Below, in pieces: positions 42,532-53,255 of a stretch of DNA of 64,000 nt (its first letter is position 1; the number at the start of each line of letters is the position of its first letter). A model generated the notes under the pieces. It had not been told where the DNA came from, did no database searches, and was given only the letters and a program-made list of their open reading frames with translations. Origin of the DNA: Paramoeba atlantica (lineage: Eukaryota > Protista > Discosea); assembly GCA_977017575.1 (NCBI GenBank), contig CDRNVI010000043.1, positions 496,001-560,000 of the forward strand, read 5' to 3'. Made by a program: the position numbers and the translations under genes.

Positions 42532-43632
42532 CTACCTGATTCCGAATAAAAATATCACTCCGGCAAGACACAACGCAGCGGCCCCCGTAGCTAGGTACGC
42601 GACGCCCAGAAATAAACCATTCCCACCAAACCACGAGTGCGTGGCAATCACGATGTACTTCCGCGAGCCGAAACCGGACACGTCAAAGCGGTTCGTGATT
42701 TCCAGGGTGTAGGGCCCAGGCTCAAGGTCCGTGGTGAACCGACGCCACAGCTTCCTAAACGTCGGCAAGCTCGCCGTACTCATCCAGACCATCAAGTCCT
42801 CATCCGAGGTACACGGAATCCGATGCCCCGCCTCCCCGTAGTAATACCCATTCCTGGCAAAATAATCCCTATGATTCGGCAACCCCTCACACGTCAACAA
42901 ATTCTCCCCTTGCGGGGGCCTAAACTTCTGCCTACGATCCGATTCCCACGCAATCCCTTTCTTCTCACACCCCATCTCCTCCGTCGGGGCCCCCTCCCGA
43001 TCAAAACTCGCCGTGTCACACACCAACGACCGATTCCCGGAGTTCTCCCCTCCACGATACATCCGGACCGTGTCATTAAACATACTCCACGGGACCAACC
43101 CACACGGGGCGTAGATCAACTCCTCCGCCCCCTCCCCCTCCGCCCCCTCCCGCACCCTAAACCCCGTCCGCGGCCCACACCCCTCCACCAGCCCCTCCCG
43201 ACTCACCACGTGCCCACTCAACTGGGCCTCACTCCTGGAGGCGCCATACCCGCGGTGGTTCTGATAGAACCCCGTCAGTTTGTAGTACAACGAGGTACCG
43301 GGGGAGGGCAACCGCACCGGGAGGTGAATCGAAACCACCTCCACACACCCGGTTGCGATTTCATAGCGACCCCTACCCCCCTCCCTACTCCTACCACTCC
43401 CCTCCCCGACCCCGGGGGAGGGGTCCCACACACAGGGGGGGGTGCCGTAGGGGATCTCGAGCTCCACGGCGTTCGTGCTCTCGACCAACGCGGCGATCCC
43501 GACCGGGAGGAACACGAGCGCGACGAGCGTGAGGAAGTAGCCGGTGGTGCGGGGGGCGTAGCGGGGGCGCCAGGTGAGGGTGGAGGGGGTCCAGGGGGTG
43601 GGGGGGGGAGGTGCAGGGGTTGTGGGGGACAT
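42532..43632 (-). CDS. CDC50: CDC50/LEM3 flippase accessory subunit
   Basis: LYYKLTGFYQNHRGY..SRSEAQL, YAPCGLVPWSMFNDT, KGIAWESDR and LMVWMSTASLPTFRKLW, with two TM helices. Confidence 0.94.
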   Translation of the reverse strand: MSPTTPAPPPPTPWTPSTLTWRPRYAPRTTGYFLTLVALVFLPVGIAALVESTNAVELEIPYGTPPCVWDPSPGVGEGSGRSREGGRGRYEIATGCVEVVSIHLPVRLPSPGTSLYYKLTGFYQNHRGYGASRSEAQLSGHVVSREGLVEGCGPRTGFRVREGAEGEGAEELIYAPCGLVPWSMFNDTVRMYRGGENSGNRSLVCDTASFDREGAPTEEMGCEKKGIAWESDRRQKFRPPQGENLLTCEGLPNHRDYFARNGYYYGEAGHRIPCTSDEDLMVWMSTASLPTFRKLWRRFTTDLEPGPYTLEITNRFDVSGFGSRKYIVIATHSWFGGNGLFLGVAYLATGAAALCLAGVIFLFGIR

Positions 43633-43941
43633 GGGAGAAAAGAGAAGGGGAGGGGTGTACTCCCGGGTGTGGGGAGGGAAGGGGTTAAAGGGAAAAAAAA
43701 AGGGGGGGGGGTGAATTTTTCTAGGGTTTTAGAGGTGTGGAAAGGAAGGGTGAAAAGGTGTGGGGGGGTGATGGGGGTGGGAATGGAGAAGGTGGTCTTC
43801 TTTTTATTATAGAGATGTAGGTGAGAAAAAATTATTGTTAAAGTATTGTAGGATGCTAGTTATAGCCTTTTTTGAAGTGTGAAACTTTGCTCCCTTACCT
43901 GCTTTTCTCCTTTAAAGAACAGCACTTGTACGCTTCTTCTT

Positions 43942-44253
43942 CTAATTGAGTTCCGCGTCACCAGAATCGGTAATGGCCATGCAATTCGCACGAAAATATT
44001 TCCCGCACGTAGTACCCAAGTCGACGTTGTTGCCGACGAAACGGTGCACTGTGGTGTTAGAAAGCATTGCATAATACTCAAGCTCGGAACGTCGCCCTGG
44101 GGGACAATTTTCTGCGATGACCAGAAGCTTACATTTCCCATGTCGCATAGCTTTAATAGAACATTTCAGTCCGAGGGAGTACTTGCCACTTTTGCACACA
44201 AGCTGCAAGCGTGAATTGATATTATCGCTCTGCTTTGATTTCTTCGAGACCAT
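43942..44253 (-). CDS. RPL30: 60S ribosomal protein eL30
   Basis: NINSRLQLVCKSGKYSLG, ELEYYAMLS, GNNVDLGTTCGKYFR and ITDSGDAE. Confidence 0.97.
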   Translation of the reverse strand: MVSKKSKQSDNINSRLQLVCKSGKYSLGLKCSIKAMRHGKCKLLVIAENCPPGRRSELEYYAMLSNTTVHRFVGNNVDLGTTCGKYFRANCMAITDSGDAELN

Positions 44254-44594
44254 TTTGAAAAATAAAATCGATATTCAAGAAGTCAACTATAGTAATAATA
44301 GGTCGATGGTATTAATAATTAAGAGTAAATACATAGCATGTTCTGGAAAATACAGTTGTATTATATACAAGAAAACGTTTTATGCAACACAAGGCACTAA
44401 ACAAGCAAAGCACACACATCTTCAACTAAACGAAAGAGCAACTAATCAAACGCATTGGTCAACGCTTTTCGAAGCCTACAAAAAGGGTAAAATCACAACG
44501 TAAACAATTTCTAAAATAGCAAATCTTCGAAACAACACACATACAATGTACCATCTCAACAAACTTCATACTCGAGTTGTCTTTTCATAAAACT

Positions 44595-46571
44595 TTATTT
44601 TTTCTCTTCCGAAGAACCCTCTGACTCTGGTTTCGCTTCCTGTCCTTCAGTGGAGTTCGAAGACGTGGAACTGGAACCGGTGGTATTCTTGGCGGCAGCT
44701 TGCTGATACTCCGTACGCCCGCACTCCATCACAGCCTTTTGTAGTTTGTCCGTGGCCGCTTGAAGCTCATCCTTGCCCGAATTCGCATTGTCCATGCACG
44801 TGCGTAGTTCAGAGACAAGTTTGCGCACGTTTTCCTTCTCTGCGTCACTAACATATTTCCAGTCTCCTAGTTGACGTTCAGCTGTGTTGAGTTGTGTGTC
44901 CGCATTGTTCTTGCATTCAACTAGATCGCGCTTTTTGCGATCCGCTTCGGCGTGCATTTCTGAATCCTTAATCATTTGCTGTACTTCGGAGCTAGAAAGG
45001 CCACCATTCGCCTGGATAGTGATGTTTTGCTCTCGTCCTGTAGCCTTATCCTTGGCAGTGACGTGGCAGATGCCGTTGGCATCAATGTCAAAGGTGACTT
45101 CGATTTGGGGTACGCCACGAGGTGCGGGAGGAATACCTACCAAGTCGAACTGCCCAAGGATTTGATTATCCGAGGCCATTTCACGCTCCCCTTGAAACAC
45201 CTTGATACCCACCTGTGTTTGGTTGTCAGCGGCCGTACTGAACACTTGGCTTTTCTTAGTTGGGATAGTAGTGTTCTTGTTAATCATCCGAGTAAAGACG
45301 CCACCAAGAGTTTCAATTCCTAGTGAGAGAGGGGTCACGTCAAGCAATACCAAGCCTTTTACTTCACCGCGCATCACACCTCCCTGAATGGCTGCACCTA
45401 CTGCAACAACCTCGTCGGGGTTGACACCTTTAAAGGGCTCTCGGCCAAAAAATTGCTTCACGACTTCAACTACCTTCGGCATTCGGGTCATCCCTCCCAC
45501 CATGACGACCTCTTGTACACCTTTCGCATCAACACCCGCGTCCTTCAGACATACTTTTACGGGGCCGATGCTCCTCTGGACAAGGTGTTCAACAAGGCCT
45601 TCAAACTTGGCGCGCGTAAGATTCATTTGAATGTGCTGAGGACCTTCGCTGTTCGCGCTGATGAAGGGAAGATTGATTTCGGTTTGCGTCGCCGAAGACA
45701 GTTCACACTTGGCCTTCTCCGCTGCCTCTCGAACACGCTGCAGAGCCATCTTCTCTTTCGAAAGATCAATTCCTGTAGATTTTTTAAAGTCGTTCAGAAT
45801 GTGATCTGTCAAAAGTGCGTCGAAGTCCTCTCCTCCCAGGAAAGTGTCTCCATTTGTCGCTTTCACTTCGAAGACGCCGCCGGCAATCTCAAGAATTGAA
45901 ATATCAAATGTACCACCACCCAAGTCGTAGATAGCAACGATGCGATCCTTTTCCTTGTCCATACCATACGCAATAGCAGCGGCCGTCGGCTCATTGATGA
46001 TGCGGGCAACATTTAACCCGGCAATCTGCCCTGCATCCGTAGTCGCAGTACGCTGTTGATCATTGAAATAGGCCGGGACAGTAACTATCGCGTGCTTTAC
46101 TTTGCGGCCTAGATGACTTTCCGCAGTCTCTTTCATTTTTTGTAAGACAAACGCACCAATTTGTGACGGAGAATACCGCTTGCCGTTAGCGTCCTCGACC
46201 CAGGCATCACCATTCGTGTGTCGTGCAATCTTGTACGAAACCATCTTCTTGTGCTTTTCTGTCATAGAATCCTCAAAGCGGCGTCCGATCAAACGCTTAA
46301 CCGCGTAGAATGTGCTCGAAGGATTCGTCACCGCTTGGCGTTTCGCTGCGTGACCCACAAGCTTTTCTTCGCCCTTAAAGGCAACAATGGAGGGCGTCGT
46401 CCGCATACCCTCGGCATTCTCCAAGACACGGGGCTTGCCTCCTTCCATCACTGCCACACAGCTGTTGGTCGTGCCTAAATCAATACCTATGACGTCTCCG
46501 TCAAGCTTGGAAGTAGCGTACTGACGAATACCGGCTAAGGAAAGCGAACCAAGGGAGCGGCGGACAAGCAT
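44595..46571 (-). CDS. Mitochondrial HSP70 (kinetoplastid type)
   Basis: Presequence [27 protein letters not shown] and [14 protein letters not shown]. The C-terminus [23 protein letters not shown] is typical of trypanosomatid mtHSP70. Confidence 0.97.
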   Translation of the reverse strand: MLVRRSLGSLSLAGIRQYATSKLDGDVIGIDLGTTNSCVAVMEGGKPRVLENAEGMRTTPSIVAFKGEEKLVGHAAKRQAVTNPSSTFYAVKRLIGRRFEDSMTEKHKKMVSYKIARHTNGDAWVEDANGKRYSPSQIGAFVLQKMKETAESHLGRKVKHAIVTVPAYFNDQQRTATTDAGQIAGLNVARIINEPTAAAIAYGMDKEKDRIVAIYDLGGGTFDISILEIAGGVFEVKATNGDTFLGGEDFDALLTDHILNDFKKSTGIDLSKEKMALQRVREAAEKAKCELSSATQTEINLPFISANSEGPQHIQMNLTRAKFEGLVEHLVQRSIGPVKVCLKDAGVDAKGVQEVVMVGGMTRMPKVVEVVKQFFGREPFKGVNPDEVVAVGAAIQGGVMRGEVKGLVLLDVTPLSLGIETLGGVFTRMINKNTTIPTKKSQVFSTAADNQTQVGIKVFQGEREMASDNQILGQFDLVGIPPAPRGVPQIEVTFDIDANGICHVTAKDKATGREQNITIQANGGLSSSEVQQMIKDSEMHAEADRKKRDLVECKNNADTQLNTAERQLGDWKYVSDAEKENVRKLVSELRTCMDNANSGKDELQAATDKLQKAVMECGRTEYQQAAAKNTTGSSSTSSNSTEGQEAKPESEGSSEEKK

Positions 46572-46817
46572 CGTTATGGAATCAGAAAAGTTAAGTAAAA
46601 TTGAGCTGAAAACTTAAAAAGTATATGAGAAGTCATTTAGCGCATTAGGTTAAAATCATGAGATCGATGGCTACGAGAAAAGAACGTGTACAAAATTTTA
46701 AGATGTTTTTACATCTGTGATGCGATCCGCATATGGTTCTGTTAGAATGAAGCATTTTAGTAAGTGATCATTTCAGATGATCTTTCCCCCGTTCTGTGGG
46801 GGGCACCCAGAGTCGAT

Positions 46818-46962
46818 CGACGTGCACCGAGGCTGGCAGCCCCAGCGCGGGCCTGAAATCTAAATCCCTTTCTGAGAGGGGCCCATTCCGAGCGGAACGA
46901 CGTGATCCGAGGCTGGCAGCCTTAGTGCGGGCCTGAAATCAAATTCCTCTTTTGAGGGGGGC
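46818..46962. repeat. Two about 65-bp GC-rich direct repeats with 80-bp period
   Basis: CGACGTG..CCGAGGCTGGCAGCC..AG.GCGGGCCTGAAATC at 46818 and 46898. Confidence 0.8.
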
Positions 46963-47345
46963 ACACGCCGTGCACCAGCAAGACTATCCTAGAAGGGATT
47001 GAAGAGGCTTCAACAAGGGTGCGCCCGTCTCACCCCCCCCCCCGAGTCTCGCTACACCCCAGCACCCACTCAGGTTTCCTACCTGGGCACCCAAGGGGCC
47101 TACACAGAAAAGGGGGGGCACACTCCCTCTCAGGAGAATCTGGCTGAGCTCCTTAGCCGAGGTTCATTGAGGATGCTGTATGCCGTCCAACAACCTACCT
47201 GAAGGGAGTACGTCGTCGATGTCAGCAGAGTATTCCCAGGCAAGTCTACCGCAGAGAAAGCTCTCATCGTCTGGAACCATATTCTGGCGGTTAAGCGGTT
47301 TAAAATATCTCGTGTAAGAATAACAAGTGATTTCTAAATGACATA

Positions 47346-47372
47346 TAGGGGGTGGCACGAAAATATGGGGGC
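47346..47372 (+). mobile_element. Solo end resembling the family-A Tc1 TIR
   Basis: TA|TAGGGGGTGGCACGAAAA versus TA|CAGGGGGGTGCACGAAAA at 8540. Confidence 0.45.
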
Positions 47373-47518
47373 ATCAAAATTCCTATAAGTTCTTCAATTT
47401 TAGTATAATCTCGCAGAGATAAGTGTCACCTGATAATGCGTTTCATGTCTTTTAAAATCTTTTATTTTTGACAAAAAATACGTTCTTTAAGTTTGCAATT
47501 TTCTTCAAATTCATCATA

Positions 47519-48088
47519 ACCCCCCCCCAATGAATAAGTGACCCACCCTTGTTTTTCGCACAGGGGGGCGTAGGGGGGTTACGGCACCACATTATCGTTC
47601 CAAATTTTGAGATCTGTACGTTCCCGCTATTTTCAGCTCTTTTAAAAAACTTTAAAAAACCTGATTTCTTTTTGTTTGAAAAGTTTCATTTTTTCGAAAA
47701 ATGCCGAAGTCTCCTTTTCGGCTACCGAAAGGGGGGCTTACAAATAGCGGAAAGCTTTTGTTAAGGATGAGGGACGGTCAGGGTGTGTCAAAAAGGAAGC
47801 TGTCCCGTGAATTTAATGTTTCTGTTAGGATTGTAAGAAAATATCTGAACGAAAAAAAACCCACCCCAACATACACTTTGAGCCCTGACCGCAAAAAAAG
47901 TATTGAGTCGCGAAGAAATAAAATAGAGAAAATTCTTACCCCTCTAGACCCCGCCGTTGGGGTCCTTTTAATTTCATTCCTTCTCGCGCAAAGTCTTGGT
48001 GTTGAGATCTGCAAAATGCAACAAAAATCAGCTCAAACGGACACTTGTACGAAACAAAAGGGGTGGGTCACTTTTCATTGGGGGGGTT
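47519..48088 (+). mobile_element. Internally deleted Tc1-like element (family B)
   Basis: TIRs ACCCCCCC..AATGAA.AAGTGACCCACCC at both ends with TA flanks. N-terminal HTH (GVSKRKLSREFNVSVRIVRKYL, ORF from 47701) is joined directly to a right end matching the reverse complement of 62963-63070. Confidence 0.82.
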
Positions 48089-48309
48089 TATTTTGGGTGT
48101 TTCCTTTCTATTTCTTGACTTTCCGTCTCATTGCGCCACAGAAACGGGCGCATTCCAATAACAAGAGTGCGCATCAAAGTTACCCATCGCATATTTTTAC
48201 TCTTGCTAGTGAAGAAGTATAAGAAACCGGATCCTTTACTCCCCTTGGATAATTGATGCCCAGCTCATTATGTTAGAGTTGCGATCGGCGATTGCATCTG
48301 GGATTGAAG

Positions 48310-48706
48310 CGTTGAAAAGAGAATAGACCAAAACACTTTTAGACACTTTGATGACTGTTCCAACGACCTCGCGAAAGACTTCGCCTCTGCGTTGTGTAAC
48401 ATCAAAAGCGCCTCTCTGTCCCGTTTCGCCGCATCCGTGCTCACCCAAACCCCACTCCCCACTTGCTCTTCTCTCCGCCGATGGGGTATCTCTACCCATA
48501 TTAGCGACACATGTCCAATCTACGGCGAAGCGACCCAGACCCAGCGGCACATGCTCACGGGTTGCAAGGTGTCTCTGGAGCAAGGTCGATACACTTACCG
48601 ACACAGTCTTATCATGGCTTTAGCGGACGTCGTATCTAACTCCCCTATGACAGCCTCCTCTCACTTCGACGTATCACTGTACCTCAACCCACCCGCATGG
48701 AACTGA
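48310..48706 (+). mobile_element. Non-LTR retrotransposon fragment, RLE type (HERO/NeSL-like C-terminal zinc knuckle)
   Basis: LPTCSSLRRWG...CPIYGEATQTQRHMLTGCKVSLEQGRYTYRH matches the degenerate CCHC + RYTxRH motif that precedes restriction-like endonucleases. Confidence 0.7.
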
Positions 48707-49500
48707 ACTTCTCGCATCTCGCTCAGTTTCACCGAGGTTTCGAGAGGTTTCACAAAGGGTTTTATTGAGGTTCCGAGGTTTCATCGAGGAAATTTCACCG
48801 AGGAATTTTTTCCGGTCTACCTAATTTTTGCCATATTCTGCGGTACTCTGCCTATCACCACCGACCGGCCGCCCCCCCTCTAATTTCCGAAATATAAAGG
48901 TCTCTACAAATTTTAGCCGCCCAGATGGAATTTGACACCCATGTACGCGTCAAAAACTATTGTGAGCACTTTTTCCACGCGTGGGGCGAAGATATTATAA
49001 GGTACTGCCCCCCCCACTTAAACGCAACCAGGTTTTGGCCTAAAAATGCGCATAAGTAGCCGGGTCAAAAAAGGGGATGAATTTTTTTTTCGACTCCTCT
49101 TCAACGAATACTTGAATGGTCTTGATGTGCTTTGACAGAAACTCGATTGAAGTGAACTGATCAGAACATCAGCAACTCCTCCAAGTTTAGGAGTTACTAC
49201 CCCGCGTTTGACTCTAGCGTTAGTCATGGCATTCAGGAGTTTCGGTCCCCATTCTGAAAATACTTGATGTTTTCCCAAGTAATCGTTATCCTCAAGTCTG
49301 CTAAGGATTGACTTCATCTCATTGACTTTCTGAGGTATGACGTTCGCTAGGGTAGAAATACTTTCATACAGCTTTTCGGATAGTTTCACTTTCCACATGG
49401 TCGGAGAATTCACACCAAGACCTAAATACGACTGCTTGAGTGCTTCAGCTGTATTTACACTGCTGTCAAACCGTACTAACGGCGGCCGGACAGGACCGAT

Positions 49501-50495
49501 GCCTCTGGACAGATAAAATGCCTTTGGACAAATAAACTGCCTTTGGACAGAAAAATTGCCTCCCATTCATAAACCTTCCCCCGCCATACTCATCAGTGGT
49601 GGAGCTCCTCCGGGACGGGTAAGTGGGTCACACAGCTTCCAACTTCGCTGTAAGCTCACCCGTGCTGTTTGTCCGCGTTGCACAATAGTACAGAAGTGGT
49701 ACACAGGTTCTCAGTGGGCGACCCGCGCGCTGGAGTAATTTGGGGGTATAATTCTGTCACAGGGCTACGCTCACAATTGGGCCTTGCTCGCAAACGGGGG
49801 CTTTTGCCTCTAAAAGTGGGATTCGCTTACGGTTGGGCCTTGCCTCTGGACAATCCTGCGGAAACGGTGGACATGGCACCAGCACATTTATAATGCATAT
49901 AACAATAGTGTATTTCGTGGACACCTCAACATAATTTTTTTTGCAGCATTCACCGGTTTATGTCGCAGACGAGTAAACAAGGTCTGGGTTTATTGGCCCG
50001 GCCGGCCCTTCCGTGCGTTCGGCCTCTCATTTCCCCCAAAACAACTGCCACCTTCCCCCCCTATTTATCAGGGGTCGCTCACGCGACCCCCGCTAAATAG
50101 GGGGGGAAGGTGGTAGTTGTGGGGTATGGAGGCCTCTCGCAACTCCGGGGCCTCACCGGGAGCAAAGGTGAAATTCATTTGCGTCCCTGACTAAATGCAT
50201 TTTTCGGTTACGTCGCCTGTTGGAAGGTATTTTGTGCAATATGCTAGCAAACGGGGGCTTTCGCCTCCAGAAGTGGGCTACGCTCACAATTGGACCTAGA
50301 TGTATTTATGTAAATATAGCCCTATGAAAGATTTTATCTAATTATAATGTAAATTTCCGACATCCCTATGGGGTAACATGGTTGGGACCTCTTCGTGGTC
50401 TTCCCCGGCACTGCTATCTTTCAGATGGTACTGACGCCGACCTTTTTTATTAGTGGCATTTTATCTGTCCATAGGCGTTTTATTTGTCCAGGGGC
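49501..50495. mobile_element. 995-bp non-autonomous TIR element with AT duplication, nested in the hAT relic
   Basis: AT|GCCTCTGGACAGATAAAATGCC ... GGCGTTTTATTTGTCCAGGGGC|AT. A 19-bp subterminal unit is repeated at both ends in inverted orientation. Confidence 0.75.
50041..50120. repeat. 80-nt near-perfect hairpin
   Basis: ACAACTGCCACCTTCCCCCCCTATTTA / TAAATAGGGGGGGAAGGTGGTAGTTGT arms enclosing a GGGGTCGC-TCAC-GCGACCCC stem. Confidence 0.88.
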
Positions 50496-51413
50496 ATTTG
50501 ACGTGTAAAGTGGCCCGTACTAACAATTGAGATAGGGCGATGCCTCTATACTTTCCCTTCGTAGCGCTTGCTCTGCCCCCTGAAAAAAATGCCCGTGAAA
50601 AACATTTCTTGAATTTAAAAGCCGAGGATGATTCATAGGGGTCGAATGCCGTCTTGCATACGTTGTTTAGCATATGGCCAATACAGGACAAGAGAGAAAC
50701 ACGATACTTTCGATTTACGTCACGCTCTAAATTAGCTAAATCCTCTTCGCCTACCGGGTCGATCCGATCGTAGACAGTCTTCAAGAATCCTTCACAATTT
50801 AAACGCGCAACATGACTGACAGTAGAGCCATCTACCATCAAGAACTTCAGTTTTAAGAGTCTCTCTTCCCCCAAAATTACTAGAGAGACAACTCAAAAGT
50901 TCTTTAGCCATCATGTATCCATCATATGCTTTATGGCTTGTAGAATACGAAGGAGGTAAAACGAATTCATGACACTCCACGTACAAAACAGCGATCATTA
51001 TATGCTCCGATTTAACGCGATCGATTCCCGTGTCGACTGCAAGTCCAAAGTACATAAAATGGTTAATTTCTTTGTGTAGGAGTTGCCACAATTCTTCAGC
51101 AAGGCTCGCGTTGCGAAGGTGGAGATCGTTCAATATTTTTGGCCCTTCTTGTAGCAGTATACTGGAAGGTGCTGAGGGTCTCAACGCTTCCTACGTGCGG
51201 ATGAACCATAGAAATCCGCTGCCAGGGAGATTCGTCATCGAATGGAGAGAAGGCAGTACCTTGTTTGAAAAATGTTGAACAGCTTCGCTATCCACGCGTG
51301 TATTAGTTGGCATGTCTTGAGAAAGAGTTGCTCGCTCCACGCAAACGCGTCGATGCTCAAGATAGTGGTTACGATATTTCCCGTGCGATGACCATTTGCA
51401 TCGCTTACATTCG

Positions 51414-51556
51414 TAATGCTGGTTATAAAGATACAGTTTCTGTACCTTGTTGGTACATTTTGCTAGCCCTTCCTTTCTTTTCCCGGAAACGGGCATACAT
51501 TTTCCTTTTAAATGCCCGTTTCCGGCTGACGGCTAGCAGGGACTGTCCCTCTTTTT
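51414..51556 (+). ncRNA. Spliced-leader (mini-exon) RNA-like gene or pseudogene
   Basis: ATAAAGATACAGTTTCTGTACCTTGTTG|GTAC (junction 51452/51453) matches the conserved 3' end of kinetoplastid SL exons plus donor. TGTACC/GGTACA stem-loop I, two downstream stems and a T-tract at 51550-56. The 5' end and Sm-site position are non-canonical. Confidence 0.55.
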
Positions 51557-51739
51557 CGTGGAAGTAGGGGAAGTACTTCCGACTTTTCAACCCTCCCCGG
51601 CTCACTCCTTGAGTGAGTTTTCTTCCCTCCCCGGCTTTCTTCTTCTCGCGCCTGTCTCTTCTCGGGAGCTATGCGCCATGGTGGCCTCCCTTGAGGACCA
51701 CCGGGCGTGACTCTGCCTTGCATTATCGCGAGGCAGCGT

Positions 51740-51891
51740 TCGGTTGCAGTGCGCCCCTCCGGCTGCGTAAAGAGGTGGCGAGTTGCCTGGACCACCTCTA
51801 CCGACTGGGACCGAGTCGGTTGCAGTACGCCCCTCCGGCTGCGTAAAGAAAGGGCGAGTTGCCTGGACACCCTCTACCGACAGAGTCCGTG
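51740..51891. repeat. 76-bp tandem duplication
   Basis: TCGGTTGCAGT.CGCCCCTCCGGCTGCGTAAAGA...GCGAGTTGCCTGGAC..CCTCTACCGAC starting at 51740 and 51816. Confidence 0.88.
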
Positions 51892-51959
51892 TCGAACCCC
51901 CTTTGGCGACATCCGTTGTGGGCGGATTATGTGCCGATGATATCGGCCGTCGCATTAAG

Positions 51960-52150
51960 GGGATTATCTCTGCGCCATAGAGCGCATGATAAACAAAAAC
52001 AAAAAAAAATGGGTTCGTGGGGATCTCTTGGTGGGAAAGCTGACAATTAAAATCACATCCAACGAGGACAAAATCCTGAGGGAATGCATACGGGGTCATG
52101 AGCTTCCTACGGATAGAGGGGGTCAAATCCTGTGAACTAGATTCTTCCAT
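51960..52150 (-). mobile_element. Possible APE-endonuclease fragment of a non-LTR retrotransposon
   Basis: DFVLVGCDFNCQLS resembles the APE GDFN motif. Short and isolated. Confidence 0.35.
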
Positions 52151-52427
52151 GAAAATAAACGTGGGAACAAGATATAAATATTTTATTAGTGCTTGATACC
52201 TAGATGGATTTATTTATAAAAGTATTAATTTTTTTAGTTAATTTATTTTTTGATTTATAAATATTTGCAGACAAGGATTATAGCTGTAAAAAAACATTGA
52301 TGAATGTTTACTTTGGGGTCGCCGCTGAAGTAGATATAGGGCTACAGACTACTTATATTGTACCCATATGATTTTTTTACTGCTTTTTCCACTTTTTACC
52401 CCCTTTTTGTCTATCTTAGCATTCAAA

Positions 52428-53100
52428 TCAAATCAACAAACCTTGAATCACATCCCAATCTTCACTCTCTTCTTCAGAGTCATCTTCTGTCTCTTCATTG
52501 TCGTTGTCTTCGTCCCTTTCTACTTCTTCCCTTTCCACTTCATCTTTTACGGACTTCAGAGCCAACAAAAGAGCGCAGAAGCGTTCTTGCCAGCTTGCAT
52601 TCTTAAAAAACAGCGTGTGCAATGAAACAACTTCATCAGCCTTATGCGGATGCATTGAGAGTCTTCCTTGCTTTCGTATTCCCCTCTTTACAGAAGAGTG
52701 GCACGACTCGGCATTGTTCGTATGTATTCCCTCCTTTGTAACAAAACGATATTTACCTTTTGTGCTATGGTTCACGACTCGATGATCTCTTACGGCATTT
52801 AATCCACGGTACGCCCGCCAAGCATCTGTGTTTACGATCGTGCGGTAGCTGTCCACTGCGTGCTTTTTCACAAAATTTTGTAAAGTAGTCCTGTCCCTTT
52901 TTTCAACGCGCTTCCATATAGTACGGCCACAACTACCATCTCTTTCGATCCCAGTAATTGTAGCCATGTAAAAAGATCTGTTTCTCACTCGGCATCCCCG
53001 ATGATACTTCCGTGGAAAGAGATAGGTTTCATCAACTGCGCACCTAGAGAACTTGATTTCCTCGTTGCGTTTCAGTACGGCTTTATGAATAAGAACATGT
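52428..53100 (-). mobile_element. Merlin (IS1595/ISXO2-like) transposase, 5'-truncated or start-less
   Basis: The frame stays open upstream of the listed ORF: AVDETYLFPRKYHRGCRV; RDRTTLQNFVKKH; VNTDAWRAYRGL; HRVVNHS; GIHTNNAESCHSSVKR. Termini were not identified. Confidence 0.88.
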
Positions 53101-53255
53101 AGAATGAGGAAAAAAAAACGTTTTGTTGTATGATTTATGTGTTTTGAACGTGAGATTACTCGAATGCCAAAGGAATTATTTCAAAAGCTCACATGATGCA
53201 AAATTTATACCCCCCGACTTTTTGATGACTCTCCTGCATATCCTATGTTTGAAGT

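Larger units (their letters stand above)
49018..51496 (-). pseudogene. hAT-like transposase pseudogene, frameshifted and split by an insertion
   Basis: BED-like finger YECKRC...HYLEHRRVC; FGLAVDTGID (D1); FLMVDGSTVSHVA (D2); LSCIGHMLNN (CxxH). After excising 49501-50495, PPLVRFDS follows (TRWxS-like). Confidence 0.68.

Noticed and set aside
42637-43812. 391-aa + strand ORF over CDC50
   Set aside because: Antisense shadow caused by the GC island; the minus-strand frame is the conserved gene.
46800-46965. HDV-like or hammerhead ribozyme
   Set aside because: No CUGANGA/GAAA core and no consistent P1/P3/L3 pairing found by eye.
47701-48222. 173-aa ORF as a host gene
   Set aside because: Chimera of a Tc1 N-terminal HTH and read-through into the element's right end after an internal deletion.
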